Assembly (NCBI GenBank): GCA_050329555.1
Contig: JBHJOQ010000026.1
Coordinates: forward strand, 1-54,985
DNA: 54,985 bases
Origin: Acidimicrobiia bacterium
Lineage (GTDB): Bacteria; Actinomycetota; Acidimicrobiia; Spongiisociales; ZC4RG35
Direction: 5' to 3'
Of this stretch, positions 1 to 9,539 are shown piece by piece (the first letter of the stretch is position 1; every line of letters starts with the position of its first letter). The position numbers and the translations under genes were made by a program. The notes beneath the pieces were generated by a model, which saw only the letters and a program-made list of their open reading frames with translations, searched no databases and was not told the DNA's origin.

Positions 1-618
1 GCCGACAATCGAGAAGCTTTGATGTGGTTTGCCAACATGGGCTGTATCGAGGTCCACCCTTTCCACGCTCGCGCGGACAGTCTCGACATGCCCGACTACG
101 CAGTCTTCGACTTCGACCCCGCGGAGGGATCGGTCTGGGACCAGGTGGTCGCCGGGGGAGATTTGCTCAAAGTGGCCCTCGGCCAACTCGGCCTCGAGGG
201 CTACCCCAAACTCTCGGGCTCGAAAGGCCTCCACGTCTATGTGCCTCTGGAGCCGGTGCACACCTACGAGCGTGTCCGCCGCTTCGTCGGTGAGGTCGGC
301 AACTATCTCGCTTCGGCCAACCCCGACGACCTGACGATGGAGTGGGAAAAGCCGAAGCGGAAGGGAAAGGTCCTGATCGACCACAACCGCAACGCCTCCG
401 GCCAGACCGTTGCTGCCGCATACTCGGTCCGCCCACGCCCGGGTGCCCCGGTATCGGTTCCGCTGACCTGGGACGAGGTCCCGAAAATCAAGAACGGAGA
501 CGTTACCATTGCCAATCTCTGGGAGCGGATCCAGAAACACGGCGACCTTTTCGAGCCGGTGATCAAAGGCGGTCAAGCCCTCGACGACGCCGAGAAGGCC
601 CTGCAGATCACCGACTAG
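1..618 (+). CDS. ligD: NHEJ LigD-type primase-polymerase domain protein (5' truncated by window edge)
   Basis: Frame open from base 1; motifs IEVHP, FDFDP, KLSGSKGLHVYVPL, IDHNRN, YSVRPRPGAPVSVPLTWDE. Confidence 0.85.
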   Translation, partial: ADNREALMWFANMGCIEVHPFHARADSLDMPDYAVFDFDPAEGSVWDQVVAGGDLLKVALGQLGLEGYPKLSGSKGLHVYVPLEPVHTYERVRRFVGEVGNYLASANPDDLTMEWEKPKRKGKVLIDHNRNASGQTVAAAYSVRPRPGAPVSVPLTWDEVPKIKNGDVTIANLWERIQKHGDLFEPVIKGGQALDDAEKALQITD

Positions 619-1436
619 TCGACGATTGCGCTCTCGGTGCTCAGCTCGGCTTTCGCCCGCTTCCAGAACAGGATCAGCGCACCAAGGATCATCACACCGA
701 TGGAGACCCATGCGTTGCGGCTGAGGCCGAGGAACCGGAAGGTGGTGTCGGTGCGGATCAGCTCCATGAGGAACCTGAAAAAGGCGTACCCGAGGAAGTA
801 GACGCCGACCAGCCGCCCGCTGAGCTGGGTGTAACGCTTGCCGAGCCAGATGATGAAGAAGGCGAGTGATACGTTCCATATCGATTCGTAGAGGAAGGTG
901 GGATGGAAGGCTTCGGCGTCGAGATATGCCTCGGGCCGGTGCTGAGGGTCGATCTCCACACCCCAGGGGAGATCGGTCGGCGTCCCGAAAAGCTCCTGGT
1001 TGAAGTAGTTGCCCCAGCGGCCGAAAGCCTGGGCGAGGGGCACGGCCGGCGCCACCGAGTCGAGCAGATGGGGGAGGCTCGAGTTCCACTTCCGGCTGTA
1101 CACGATCATGACAATCGCGCCCGCGGTCAGCCCGCCGTAGAGGGCGAGGCCTCCCTCCCAGATTGCGATCACCTTCCACCATTCCCCCTCGAACCGGGAC
1201 AGGTGAGTGGAGACATAACCGAATCGCGCACCGAGGAAGCCGAAGATCAGGACCCGGGCCAGGATCCGGCCCAGCACCTCGCTGTCGCCACCGCGGGCAG
1301 TGAAGCGCCGCTCGGTCACCTGCCAGGCAACCGCGACCCCGATCGCGATCAGCATCCCGTAGAAAGTCACCCGGACCGGGCCGATATGGAAGCTGTTGAT
1401 CGGGGGGGATGGGAAAGAGGCGAGTATCTGGTGCAT
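615..1436 (-). CDS. lgt: Prolipoprotein diacylglyceryl transferase
   Basis: IWEGGLALYGG, AQAFGRWGNYFNQELFG and HPTFLYES signature motifs; multiple TM helices. Confidence 0.95.
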   Translation of the reverse strand: MHQILASFPSPPINSFHIGPVRVTFYGMLIAIGVAVAWQVTERRFTARGGDSEVLGRILARVLIFGFLGARFGYVSTHLSRFEGEWWKVIAIWEGGLALYGGLTAGAIVMIVYSRKWNSSLPHLLDSVAPAVPLAQAFGRWGNYFNQELFGTPTDLPWGVEIDPQHRPEAYLDAEAFHPTFLYESIWNVSLAFFIIWLGKRYTQLSGRLVGVYFLGYAFFRFLMELIRTDTTFRFLGLSRNAWVSIGVMILGALILFWKRAKAELSTESAIVD

Positions 1437-1541
1437 CAGGGGTTATCGCCAATCGAGGCAGTGGTGATGGTACCGGCGCGTGCTGGCTTTGCGAGTGTCG
1501 TGTGGGGGGCCAGGTGACTAGTCATCGGGGACGTAACCCCG

Positions 1542-4289
1542 TTGATCATTCAGCGCACCCGGGGCAGCTCCGATCCAACCGCGATGATCACTGCAACATC
1601 ACGCTTGCCTCTCAGGTCGAGTTTCGTCGTCCTGCTTGTCGTGCTTGCCCTTGTGGTCGCGCCCACCCTCGACGCTTTGGCCGTGCAGGCACCCTCGCCG
1701 TCGTCTTCGCTCTTCGTGCAGACTTCCGGGCCGAACGCCGGGCTCAGCATTGGCGACTATTACACGTCACCAGCCGGTGGCGATACCGACCATCTCTTCA
1801 TGATCCGGGTCCCGGCGGACTGGCCGGCGGGCACCCCGGTGACCGTTGCTTTGTACGACCCCGAGATCGGGGGAGTCGACCCGGTTTCGCCGACCGCTGC
1901 CGACGAGGTCAGGGGCGCCGCCGACAGCGCACAGTTCAGGCTGGAGTCTCCAACCGGATCGGTCGTGGCGTCGGCGACCTACAGCGACCTCTCCACGAAT
2001 GGTGCATGGGCCGAGCTGGCAACGTTTGACCCCGGGACCGTCGGGACCGGCACCTACCACCTCCGCGTCAGCGTGTCCGACGACGACGACAACTCATGGC
2101 GCGTCGATGTGTCCCATGATCCCGACTGTGCCGTCGGAGGCCCCGGGACGTGTCCTGCACCAAGTCTGGTCAACGGCAACGAGGTCTCCCGGGCGCCTTC
2201 GGGCTCAGGTGCTCTCGCGGTCGGGGTGATCCGGACCAGCTGGCAACACGAAGGGCCCGGTTCGAGCTGTCAGGACCACATATTCTTTGTCAACAGCGCG
2301 ACTCCCCGGCCGCTGCGTGCCCACAACTTCGACATGGACGGGAGAGGGTCGGTGACCTACACGACACCCAACGGGGCGAACGTCGTGGGAACGGTGTCCG
2401 GCAACGCAAGTTGGAACAACAGCAGCGATGCCAACCGGGTGGGCGACGTCCTCCCCGACATCAACGGTTGGTGGACAGCCGAAATCTGCATAGGCGCCCA
2501 CAACCAGTACGTCTTCGAGGCACCTTCGGCAGGACCATCGTTCCCGGAGCCTCAGCCTGCTCCTCGAATCGCCGTGGATAAAACCGACGGTGAGGAAACG
2601 CTCATGCTTGGTGACGAGACAACATACACGGTGACCATCGAAAACGTCTCCGATGACGATCCGCTCCCCGGCAGCGCTTATAACCTCGTCGCCACGGACA
2701 TCTTGCCGGAAGGAGTTGAATTCGTCACCTGTCGCACCACCGACTTCGCCTGTTCGGAAACAGGCGGTGTCGTGACAGCTACCCTCGCCGCACCACTGCA
2801 GCCGGGCACGTCGGTGTCATTCGACGTCGTGGTGATAGTCGCCCCGGATGCCGGCCTCACCATCACCAACGTGGTCGATGTCGACTTCCGCGATCACATC
2901 GGAAACGATCATGAGACGGCTTCGGCTTCCGACGTCAACGACATCGATTTCGTCCCGACTCTCACCATGAGTGTCTCCGGGCCTGTCGAAGTGCTGCGCG
3001 GCGACTCCGCCGCTCTCTTCTACACGCTCGAGCACGGAGACGCATCGGATGGATCGCCGGTGACGATGGTCGACGTCACCTGCGGGCTGTGTTTGGCTAT
3101 TACCTATCAAAGTGGAGACACCAACGCCAACGGCATCCTGGAGGCGACCGAAGCCTGGATCTATGCAGCGGTGGTGTCAAGCGATGACTCATCCCCGTCG
3201 CTCATAGCCGCCGAAGCAATTGCCAGTGGTCTCGACGCCAATGGCGAAGACGTGACCGCCTCGGTCGTCGGCCAGGTCACACTGATCGAGCCGGGGGAGA
3301 TCTCCGGCGTCGTCTTCGAAGATCTCAACGGCAATGGCGAGCTCGACCCCGGTGAGCTCGGCCTCCCCGGCGTCTCGGTGCAGCTGAGCGATGTCGACGG
3401 GCCCGTCGACCTCGCGACTGCGGTTGATGGTGCCTACGAATTCAGTCATCTTCAACCCCGCGCCTACACGGTGACCCCGGTCGGAGTCTCCAGCCCATTC
3501 CTGGCTACAAGCGGCGAATCGGTGTCAGTGGGCCTCGGCGCAGGCCAGACGCTGGGCGGCGTGAACTTCGGCTTCGCCCTGCCCGTGACGATCTCGGGCA
3601 CGACCTTCCACGACGCAGACCATGACGGCTTTTTCGATCCGGGGGAGGCGGGTGTGGGCGGAGTCGTCCTGTCGCTAGTTGATGCCGACGGTGTCGTCAT
3701 GGCAACCACGAGCTCGACCGACGATGGCGCCTACAGCTTCAGCGCCCTTCCCGGCGAGTACACGGTTGTCGTCGACACCGGCTGGCCGAAGGGTTGGGCG
3801 ATGAGAACGCCCGCCGCCGCCGTCGCAGGGCTCGTGCTTTCCGGCCAGGATCGGACCGGGCTCGACTTCGGCGCCTCGAACACCGCACCGGTAATGGTCG
3901 ACGGAACCCAGACGATCAACGCTGGCGAGACGCCCTCGGGGTTGATAGCCACCGACGCCGAGGGTGACCGGGTCACGTTCACCTTTGCGGGCGGCCTGCT
4001 TCCTGCCGGCCTGAGCCTCGAGAACGACGGAACCTTCAGCGGATCCGCGACTCTGGGCGGCGTCTATCAGTTCTTCGTGGAGGTCTGCGACCAAGCCGAC
4101 CCGGTCGCTTGCGCAACCTTCGCGTATGAAATCCGTGTGATCGGCACCGTGGTCGTAGCGAACGAGGTGCTGCCATTCACCGGTGCTGATTCCGGGGAGC
4201 TGGTATTCACCGCTTTGATCCTTCTCGTCGGAGGGGTAACGATGACCTTCGGTGGCCCGGCCCGTCTGGAAGAATCAGCGAAGCGCTGA
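1542..4289 (+). CDS. Large sortase-anchored surface protein (unknown N-terminal domain, DUF11, SdrD B-like repeats, Ig-like domain, LPFTG); true start may be ATG 1584
   Basis: Hydrophobic signal peptide; DUF11-like KT..YTVTIEN..DILPEG; ISGVVFEDLNGNGELDPGE and ISGTTFHDADHDGFFDPGE repeats; LPAGLSL Ig-like motif; C-terminal LPFTG, TM helix and basic tail. Confidence 0.8.
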   Translation: MIIQRTRGSSDPTAMITATSRLPLRSSFVVLLVVLALVVAPTLDALAVQAPSPSSSLFVQTSGPNAGLSIGDYYTSPAGGDTDHLFMIRVPADWPAGTPVTVALYDPEIGGVDPVSPTAADEVRGAADSAQFRLESPTGSVVASATYSDLSTNGAWAELATFDPGTVGTGTYHLRVSVSDDDDNSWRVDVSHDPDCAVGGPGTCPAPSLVNGNEVSRAPSGSGALAVGVIRTSWQHEGPGSSCQDHIFFVNSATPRPLRAHNFDMDGRGSVTYTTPNGANVVGTVSGNASWNNSSDANRVGDVLPDINGWWTAEICIGAHNQYVFEAPSAGPSFPEPQPAPRIAVDKTDGEETLMLGDETTYTVTIENVSDDDPLPGSAYNLVATDILPEGVEFVTCRTTDFACSETGGVVTATLAAPLQPGTSVSFDVVVIVAPDAGLTITNVVDVDFRDHIGNDHETASASDVNDIDFVPTLTMSVSGPVEVLRGDSAALFYTLEHGDASDGSPVTMVDVTCGLCLAITYQSGDTNANGILEATEAWIYAAVVSSDDSSPSLIAAEAIASGLDANGEDVTASVVGQVTLIEPGEISGVVFEDLNGNGELDPGELGLPGVSVQLSDVDGPVDLATAVDGAYEFSHLQPRAYTVTPVGVSSPFLATSGESVSVGLGAGQTLGGVNFGFALPVTISGTTFHDADHDGFFDPGEAGVGGVVLSLVDADGVVMATTSSTDDGAYSFSALPGEYTVVVDTGWPKGWAMRTPAAAVAGLVLSGQDRTGLDFGASNTAPVMVDGTQTINAGETPSGLIATDAEGDRVTFTFAGGLLPAGLSLENDGTFSGSATLGGVYQFFVEVCDQADPVACATFAYEIRVIGTVVVANEVLPFTGADSGELVFTALILLVGGVTMTFGGPARLEESAKR

Positions 4290-4373
4290 CCTCCCGCAGA
4301 ACGATCTGGCCCTGATCCGTGACCAAGAGGCCGTGCGATCCCACATTCCCCGTGGACTCGCTAGGTTTCAGTC

Positions 4374-5444
4374 ATGGACCTTTACGCCAGAGTGAACATC
4401 CTCGGTGGTCTTTCGGTCAGGTTGCCTCACGGAGGGCTCGACGAAGCGATACCACTCGACAACGATCCGATCGGCAGAGCCCGCAATTGGGTCGAACAAG
4501 GAATCAAGTACTTGCACATCGTCGACCTCGACGCGGCTGCCTACAGCGATGCCCGCAACCGCAACCTCATCTACGAGCTCGTCGAGTCGGTCGACGCCAA
4601 AGTCCAGGTCGCTGGTGGGATCCGTTCGGAGAGCGAGGCGGAGTCTTTCATCAAACGAGGAGCATGGCGGATCGTGATGGGGACCGCGGCGATCGAGAAC
4701 CAGAACATGATCTGGGATCTGTGTCGCGACAACCCCGAGAAGATCGTGGTGGCTCTCGACGTTCGCGCCGACGAGGAGATCGCCACCCGGGGATGGACCC
4801 AAAACAGCGGTCGCTACCTCGAAGAGGTGATGATCGAGATGTCCTCGGCCGGAGTAGTTGCATTTCTCGTCTCCGAGGCCGGTCGCAACGCCCTCGAAGA
4901 CGTCCCCAACTTCCAGCTGATTGGCTCTGCACTCGCCACCGTCGAGGAGCCGGTCATTGCTTCCGGTGGGGTGCGAAATCTTGAAGATCTCCGTCGCCTG
5001 GTCTCACTCGAGTCTTCCGGCCGTCGCCTCGGAGGAGTGATCGTGGGGCGCGAGGTCACGGCCGGTCGGTTCACCGTCGAGGAGGCAATCGAGGTGATGG
5101 CGGGCCGGGGCTCATCCCGTGCGCCCGGTGGCATCGTTGCCGCCCGTCAACTGCTCCAGGTTGGCTCCGTGGACGAGGCAATGCACTTTCTCGAGCATGT
5201 TGTTGGACTCTCCCGGGTCCGGTCGCCCGAATCGGGCGTCCTCGGCACAGTCCTCGAGGTCGCCGAAGGCCAGCAGGTCGAGTTGATCCAGGGACCTTCA
5301 GGGCAGACCGCAACCCTTGCGTTGCTCGTTGAAGACCCCGAGCCCTGGCTCGAGCACTTCAACGCACAGGAGATCGAAACCGTGCGGACGTCAGCGGGCC
5401 TGGAAGTCTCCGGCCCTGGCGGGCTCACACTCAGGTTTGAATGA
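4374..5444 (+). CDS. HisA/PriA-like TIM-barrel protein (catalytic Asp replaced by Asn) fused to a C-terminal VOC/glyoxalase-like domain
   Basis: LHIVDLD, QVAGGIR, MGTAA, VALDVR, TRGW, IASGGV and VIVGR motifs of HisA; last ~110 aa follow a VOC beta-alpha-beta-beta-beta x2 pattern. Confidence 0.8.
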   Translation: MDLYARVNILGGLSVRLPHGGLDEAIPLDNDPIGRARNWVEQGIKYLHIVDLDAAAYSDARNRNLIYELVESVDAKVQVAGGIRSESEAESFIKRGAWRIVMGTAAIENQNMIWDLCRDNPEKIVVALDVRADEEIATRGWTQNSGRYLEEVMIEMSSAGVVAFLVSEAGRNALEDVPNFQLIGSALATVEEPVIASGGVRNLEDLRRLVSLESSGRRLGGVIVGREVTAGRFTVEEAIEVMAGRGSSRAPGGIVAARQLLQVGSVDEAMHFLEHVVGLSRVRSPESGVLGTVLEVAEGQQVELIQGPSGQTATLALLVEDPEPWLEHFNAQEIETVRTSAGLEVSGPGGLTLRFE

Positions 5445-5506
5445 ACCCCGGGTGGGGTTCCCCGTTCGGCTCCGCCTCCGGGGAAACAGCCGCTCGCTTC
5501 GCTTCG
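5443..5506. repeat. Hairpin-rich intergenic element between convergent genes (terminator or REP-like)
   Basis: GAACCCC-gggt-GGGGTTC and TTCCCCG...CGGGGAA stems followed by CGCTCGCTTCGCTTCGCT. Confidence 0.45.
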
Positions 5507-7057
5507 CTAACTGATCAGGGTGCGGGACTGTTCCCTCAGGAACTGACGCAGGTACCAGGGACCGCCGCCGCCGGTCCCGGAGGTTCCCGACCCCTTCCAG
5601 CCTCCGAATGACTGGATGTCGGGCCAGGCGCCGGTGGTCGCCCCAGCGGCGCGGTTGACATAGGTCGTCCCTGCCTGGATCCGGGCGAACCACTTCTCGA
5701 TCTCGGCGTCATCGGTTGAAAACAGCCCGGCGGTGAGACCAAAGTCGGTGTCGTTGGACAGTTCGATGGCCTCGTCCACGGAGTCGACGGCGGTGACTGC
5801 GACCAGCGGCGCAAACAGTTCCTCTTTCCACACCCAGGACTCCCGGGGTGCGTTGACAACGGTCGGCTGTACATAGTTTCCCTTGCCGAATTCTCCTTCG
5901 GTGAGGACCTCACCGCCTGCAAGTACCTCGCCACCGTCGTCCCGCACCGCAGCAACGGCTTTGGTGAAGCGATCGACCGCATCCCCGTCGATTACCGGGC
6001 CCATGAAGGTGCTCTGTTCCAGAGGATTCCCGACGGTGATCTCGTGTGTCCGAGAAACCAGCTTGTTGATGAACTGGTCGTAGACGGGCCGCTCGACATA
6101 GACCCGCGACGTTGCCGAGCACTTCTGCCCGCTCAAACCGAAGGCGCCCCGGAAAACTCCTTCTGCGGCGATGTCGAGATCGGCCGTGGCTGAGACGATC
6201 GCCGGATTCTTCCCGCCCATCTCAGCAGCTACGGGCTTGGGCCGCTTTTCGTTCACGGTGCGGTACAGATACATCCCCACGGGGTAGGACCCGGTGAAGG
6301 TGAGGCCGTCGATTCCCTCGTGGTGGGCTAGGTGGTCTCCGGTACCGTCACCACCGGTCAGCACATGCAGGGCGCCCTCGGGGAGGCCGGCCTCGCGCAT
6401 GATCCTGTAGAACTCGAGAGCCATGAGCGCGCCGGTATTCGACGGTTTGAGGACCACCGTGTTTCCGGTGATCAGCGCACCCGTCGAAGGGCCTCCGCTG
6501 AGTGCCAGCGGGAAGTTGAATGGCGAGATGACCGCCCAGGTGCCCCAGGGACGGAGCACGGAGATGTTGGTCTCGTTGTCGGAAAGCGAGCTCAATGGCG
6601 TGACAAAACCGTTGTGCTCGGTGATCTGCTTCGAGTAGTAGCGAAGGAATTCGACGGTCTCGGCGACATCGCCGAGGGCTTCCAACCGGTTTTTCCCCAC
6701 CTCGAAAGACATCAGTGCGGCAAGGTCGAACATCTCTTCGTCCATGATGTCGGCAGCTGACATCATGAGGTCGCGTCGCCGCTCCCACCCCCACGCCTCC
6801 CACTCCGGGGCGAACGCCCGAGCGGCCGCTACCGCATCGTCCACATCCTGGGTAGTGGCCTGGGCGTAAATACCGACGACGAGGTCCCGATCGATTGGCG
6901 ATCTCTCCTCGTACAGCGCCCGGTCGGTGCGTTCTTCGCCGTCGACCCACACGCCGTACGCAGCGCCCAGACGCTGCCTCGCCTTCTCAACGGCGTGTTC
7001 GTAGGCCTGATTCAGCTCCTCGTTGTCTGCAGACATCGTGGCGTAAGTGATCTTCAT
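5507..7057 (-). CDS. Aldehyde dehydrogenase, 1-pyrroline-5-carboxylate dehydrogenase-like
   Basis: SPFNFP, FTGS, EMGGKNP, GQKCSA, EELFAP, TTGAWPDIQSFGGWKGSG. Confidence 0.85.
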   Translation of the reverse strand: MKITYATMSADNEELNQAYEHAVEKARQRLGAAYGVWVDGEERTDRALYEERSPIDRDLVVGIYAQATTQDVDDAVAAARAFAPEWEAWGWERRRDLMMSAADIMDEEMFDLAALMSFEVGKNRLEALGDVAETVEFLRYYSKQITEHNGFVTPLSSLSDNETNISVLRPWGTWAVISPFNFPLALSGGPSTGALITGNTVVLKPSNTGALMALEFYRIMREAGLPEGALHVLTGGDGTGDHLAHHEGIDGLTFTGSYPVGMYLYRTVNEKRPKPVAAEMGGKNPAIVSATADLDIAAEGVFRGAFGLSGQKCSATSRVYVERPVYDQFINKLVSRTHEITVGNPLEQSTFMGPVIDGDAVDRFTKAVAAVRDDGGEVLAGGEVLTEGEFGKGNYVQPTVVNAPRESWVWKEELFAPLVAVTAVDSVDEAIELSNDTDFGLTAGLFSTDDAEIEKWFARIQAGTTYVNRAAGATTGAWPDIQSFGGWKGSGTSGTGGGGPWYLRQFLREQSRTLIS

Positions 7058-7175
7058 GTGGTCGAAACCTCCGGTGATGGGTGTTTGCTGACGATATCAA
7101 CATTGGGCGGGCACTCCAGTTTCGGAGGGAACCTTCCGATATCACCGCAACGAATTCAAGGATCGTCACTCGAAT

Positions 7176-8834
7176 ATGTCAACAGAACTTCACCTTGCTG
7201 ACACCTCGCTCGGTTCGCCCGGCGACATGGAGCAGTTGAATCGTCGGGTAGTCCGCGTCTGCGCTGCTGCGGCCCTTTTCGCTTTTGCTCTCCTTCTGGC
7301 CGTCGGCCTGGTAACCGGCGAGGCGGCCTACTACGCCCAGGCGGTGGGCCCCGGGCTTGTCTCGGTTCTGATCCTGGCCCAAGTCCGCACCCACCGGGAG
7401 AATGCCGTCGTGACGCTGCTCGTCGCCGGCGTCTCTGCCGTTGCGACATATGGTGTCTTTGGTGAGCAGGCGACGCTAATCCCCGCCGCGCTCGGGGTCG
7501 TGATCATCGCTTCCGTATCCATCCTCTTCGTGGAGAGGCACAACCTGTTGATCACGGTGGGGATCGCCGCGGTACTAACCGGAGTCCCCTTCTACTGGAG
7601 AGAGCCTTTTGCAGACTCCGCTTCCCTCGGCGCCATCATGGGGGTGAGCTTCGCTGTGGTCTCTTCGATCTTCTACTCAATGCGAAATGCAGCAACCACG
7701 TTGAACCGTCGATTCCAGGTGATCTTCGAGTACTCGCCGATGGCGGCGGTGGAAGCCGACTGGTCCGAAGCCATCGAATATTTGGGAACCGAGTTCTCGG
7801 GGAGGAGCGACCGGATCAGGGGATTCCTCGGTGCCTACCCGGATGTGGTCCGCAGCGCTGCCTCGCACGTGCGGATTGTCCGGACGAATCAGGCTGCCAA
7901 GGAACTCCTCGAGATAGAGCCGGGAAACGAACTGGCAATCAGCGGCCCACATCTGAGGGACGGGTGGCTGCTCGCAATCACCGAGATCCTGATCGCCCTC
8001 GTCGAAGGCCGCGACCTCGTCCAACTGGAGCTGCCACTCGAGAATGGCAACGGGGAGAAGATCTGGCTGAGCCTTCGCGCCGTGAATGTGTCGGCCGGCG
8101 ACAAGCCTGACGGAGTCCTGTGTGTCCTCGCCGATGTGACCCATCTCAAAGTCAAGGAAGGGGCGATGAGTGAGCTGATCCAGGCCAAAGACGAGTTCGT
8201 CGCCTCGATCAGCCACGAACTACGCACTCCGCTGACCGCGGTGGTGGGCCTCACCTCCGAGATCGCCTCCGGCGGGTTTGTTGGCCCAGAGCACGATGAG
8301 CTGATCGGATTGGTCGCTTCTCAGGCGCAGGAGATGTCCCACATCATCGACGATCTCCTGGTATCAGCACGCGCCGGCATGGGCACAGTGGCAGTGGCGC
8401 TCGATACGGTCGATCTGAACGCTGAGTTGTCGGCCGCGGTCGGCGGAGTTGGAACCGATCTCCTTGAAATTCCATCTGCGCTGCCGCTCGCGGTGGGTGA
8501 CGGGCCCAGGATTCGCCAGATTCTCCGCAACCTTCTCACCAACCTCGAACGGTATGGGGGTTCGAGCAGGAGGGTGCTCGGCGGTGTCGAAGGCGAGCGG
8601 GTCTGGTTAGAGGTGCGCGACGACGGGGAAGGAGTCTCCGGCGAGGATGCAGTGCGAATCTTCGAGCCTTACACCTCGGCCCACCGCGGTGTGGCGGGTT
8701 CGGTCGGACTCGGCCTTTCCGTCTCCCGCCAGCTCGCCGAATTGATGGGCGGTTCGCTTGCCTACCGGCGTGACGGGGAGGAAAGTGTCTTCCGGCTCGA
8801 GTTGGTACTGGCCCGGGAATCTTTGTTGGTTTGA
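7176..8834 (+). CDS. Membrane sensor histidine kinase (about 6 TM, PAS-like, HisKA, HATPase)
   Basis: H-box SISHELRTPLT, N-box QILRNLLTN, DDGEG, IFEPY, GSVGLGL. Confidence 0.9.
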   Translation: MSTELHLADTSLGSPGDMEQLNRRVVRVCAAAALFAFALLLAVGLVTGEAAYYAQAVGPGLVSVLILAQVRTHRENAVVTLLVAGVSAVATYGVFGEQATLIPAALGVVIIASVSILFVERHNLLITVGIAAVLTGVPFYWREPFADSASLGAIMGVSFAVVSSIFYSMRNAATTLNRRFQVIFEYSPMAAVEADWSEAIEYLGTEFSGRSDRIRGFLGAYPDVVRSAASHVRIVRTNQAAKELLEIEPGNELAISGPHLRDGWLLAITEILIALVEGRDLVQLELPLENGNGEKIWLSLRAVNVSAGDKPDGVLCVLADVTHLKVKEGAMSELIQAKDEFVASISHELRTPLTAVVGLTSEIASGGFVGPEHDELIGLVASQAQEMSHIIDDLLVSARAGMGTVAVALDTVDLNAELSAAVGGVGTDLLEIPSALPLAVGDGPRIRQILRNLLTNLERYGGSSRRVLGGVEGERVWLEVRDDGEGVSGEDAVRIFEPYTSAHRGVAGSVGLGLSVSRQLAELMGGSLAYRRDGEESVFRLELVLARESLLV

Positions 8835-8873
8835 ACTAGAACTCAGCGCGCCGAGTCACTAGTTTTCCTGTTC

Positions 8874-9539
8874 ATGTCTGATGTCCTGGGGTTGATCTCC
8901 TGGCCCCTTTTGTTGTTGAGCGCATATCTGGTCGGGTCGATTCCGTCGGCCCAGCTTCTCGCGCGCCTCAAAGGCGTCGACCTGCGGAAAGTGGGTACGG
9001 GCAACATCGGTGCCGGGAACCTGACTCACTCGGTCGGACCGCACTGGGGGGCGGCAGCGGCGCTCTTCGACGGTCTCAAGGGGCTCATCCCGGTTCTCAT
9101 CGCCCGGGTCGGGCTCGACATGGGGCTGGCTGCGAGCGGAATGGCGGGATTGGCAGCCGTGGCTGGCCATTGTTGGTCGATCTACCTCAGGGGCCGGTCC
9201 GGTCGTGGCCTCGCCACTTCTGCTGGGCTTCTGGTCGGCCTCGACCCGGTCCTGATCGTCTGGGTTGGCGGGTGGTCGCTGGCAGGCTGGCGGATCGGGA
9301 GTGGCTTCGCCGGATTCCTCGGTTGGGGCCTTCTCCCCCTTCTGGCCATGGCGCTGGGCCGGCCCGGCCCCGAGACACTCTTCCTGGTCCTGTTGTCGGC
9401 CACGCTGATGTTGCGCCGGGCCCAGGGCAACCCGGGCGACCTGGAGGGAGCGGGCAACGTCCTGCGCAGGGTGATATACGACCGGGATCCTTTCGACCAG
9501 CCGTACCCGGAAACGGCGGATGAGGCCTCAACTCAGTGA
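8874..9539 (+). CDS. PlsY-family glycerol-3-phosphate acyltransferase-like membrane protein (divergent)
   Basis: YLVGSIPS, DLRKVGTGNIGAGN, DGLKG, AGHCWS..RSGRGLAT; motif-3 His not seen. Confidence 0.75.
   Translation: MSDVLGLISWPLLLLSAYLVGSIPSAQLLARLKGVDLRKVGTGNIGAGNLTHSVGPHWGAAAALFDGLKGLIPVLIARVGLDMGLAASGMAGLAAVAGHCWSIYLRGRSGRGLATSAGLLVGLDPVLIVWVGGWSLAGWRIGSGFAGFLGWGLLPLLAMALGRPGPETLFLVLLSATLMLRRAQGNPGDLEGAGNVLRRVIYDRDPFDQPYPETADEASTQ

Noticed and set aside
1515-1541. TGACTAGTCA palindrome and CGGGG/CCCCG hairpin between lgt and the surface protein gene
   Set aside because: Short, single occurrence, with no matching regulator or riboswitch consensus
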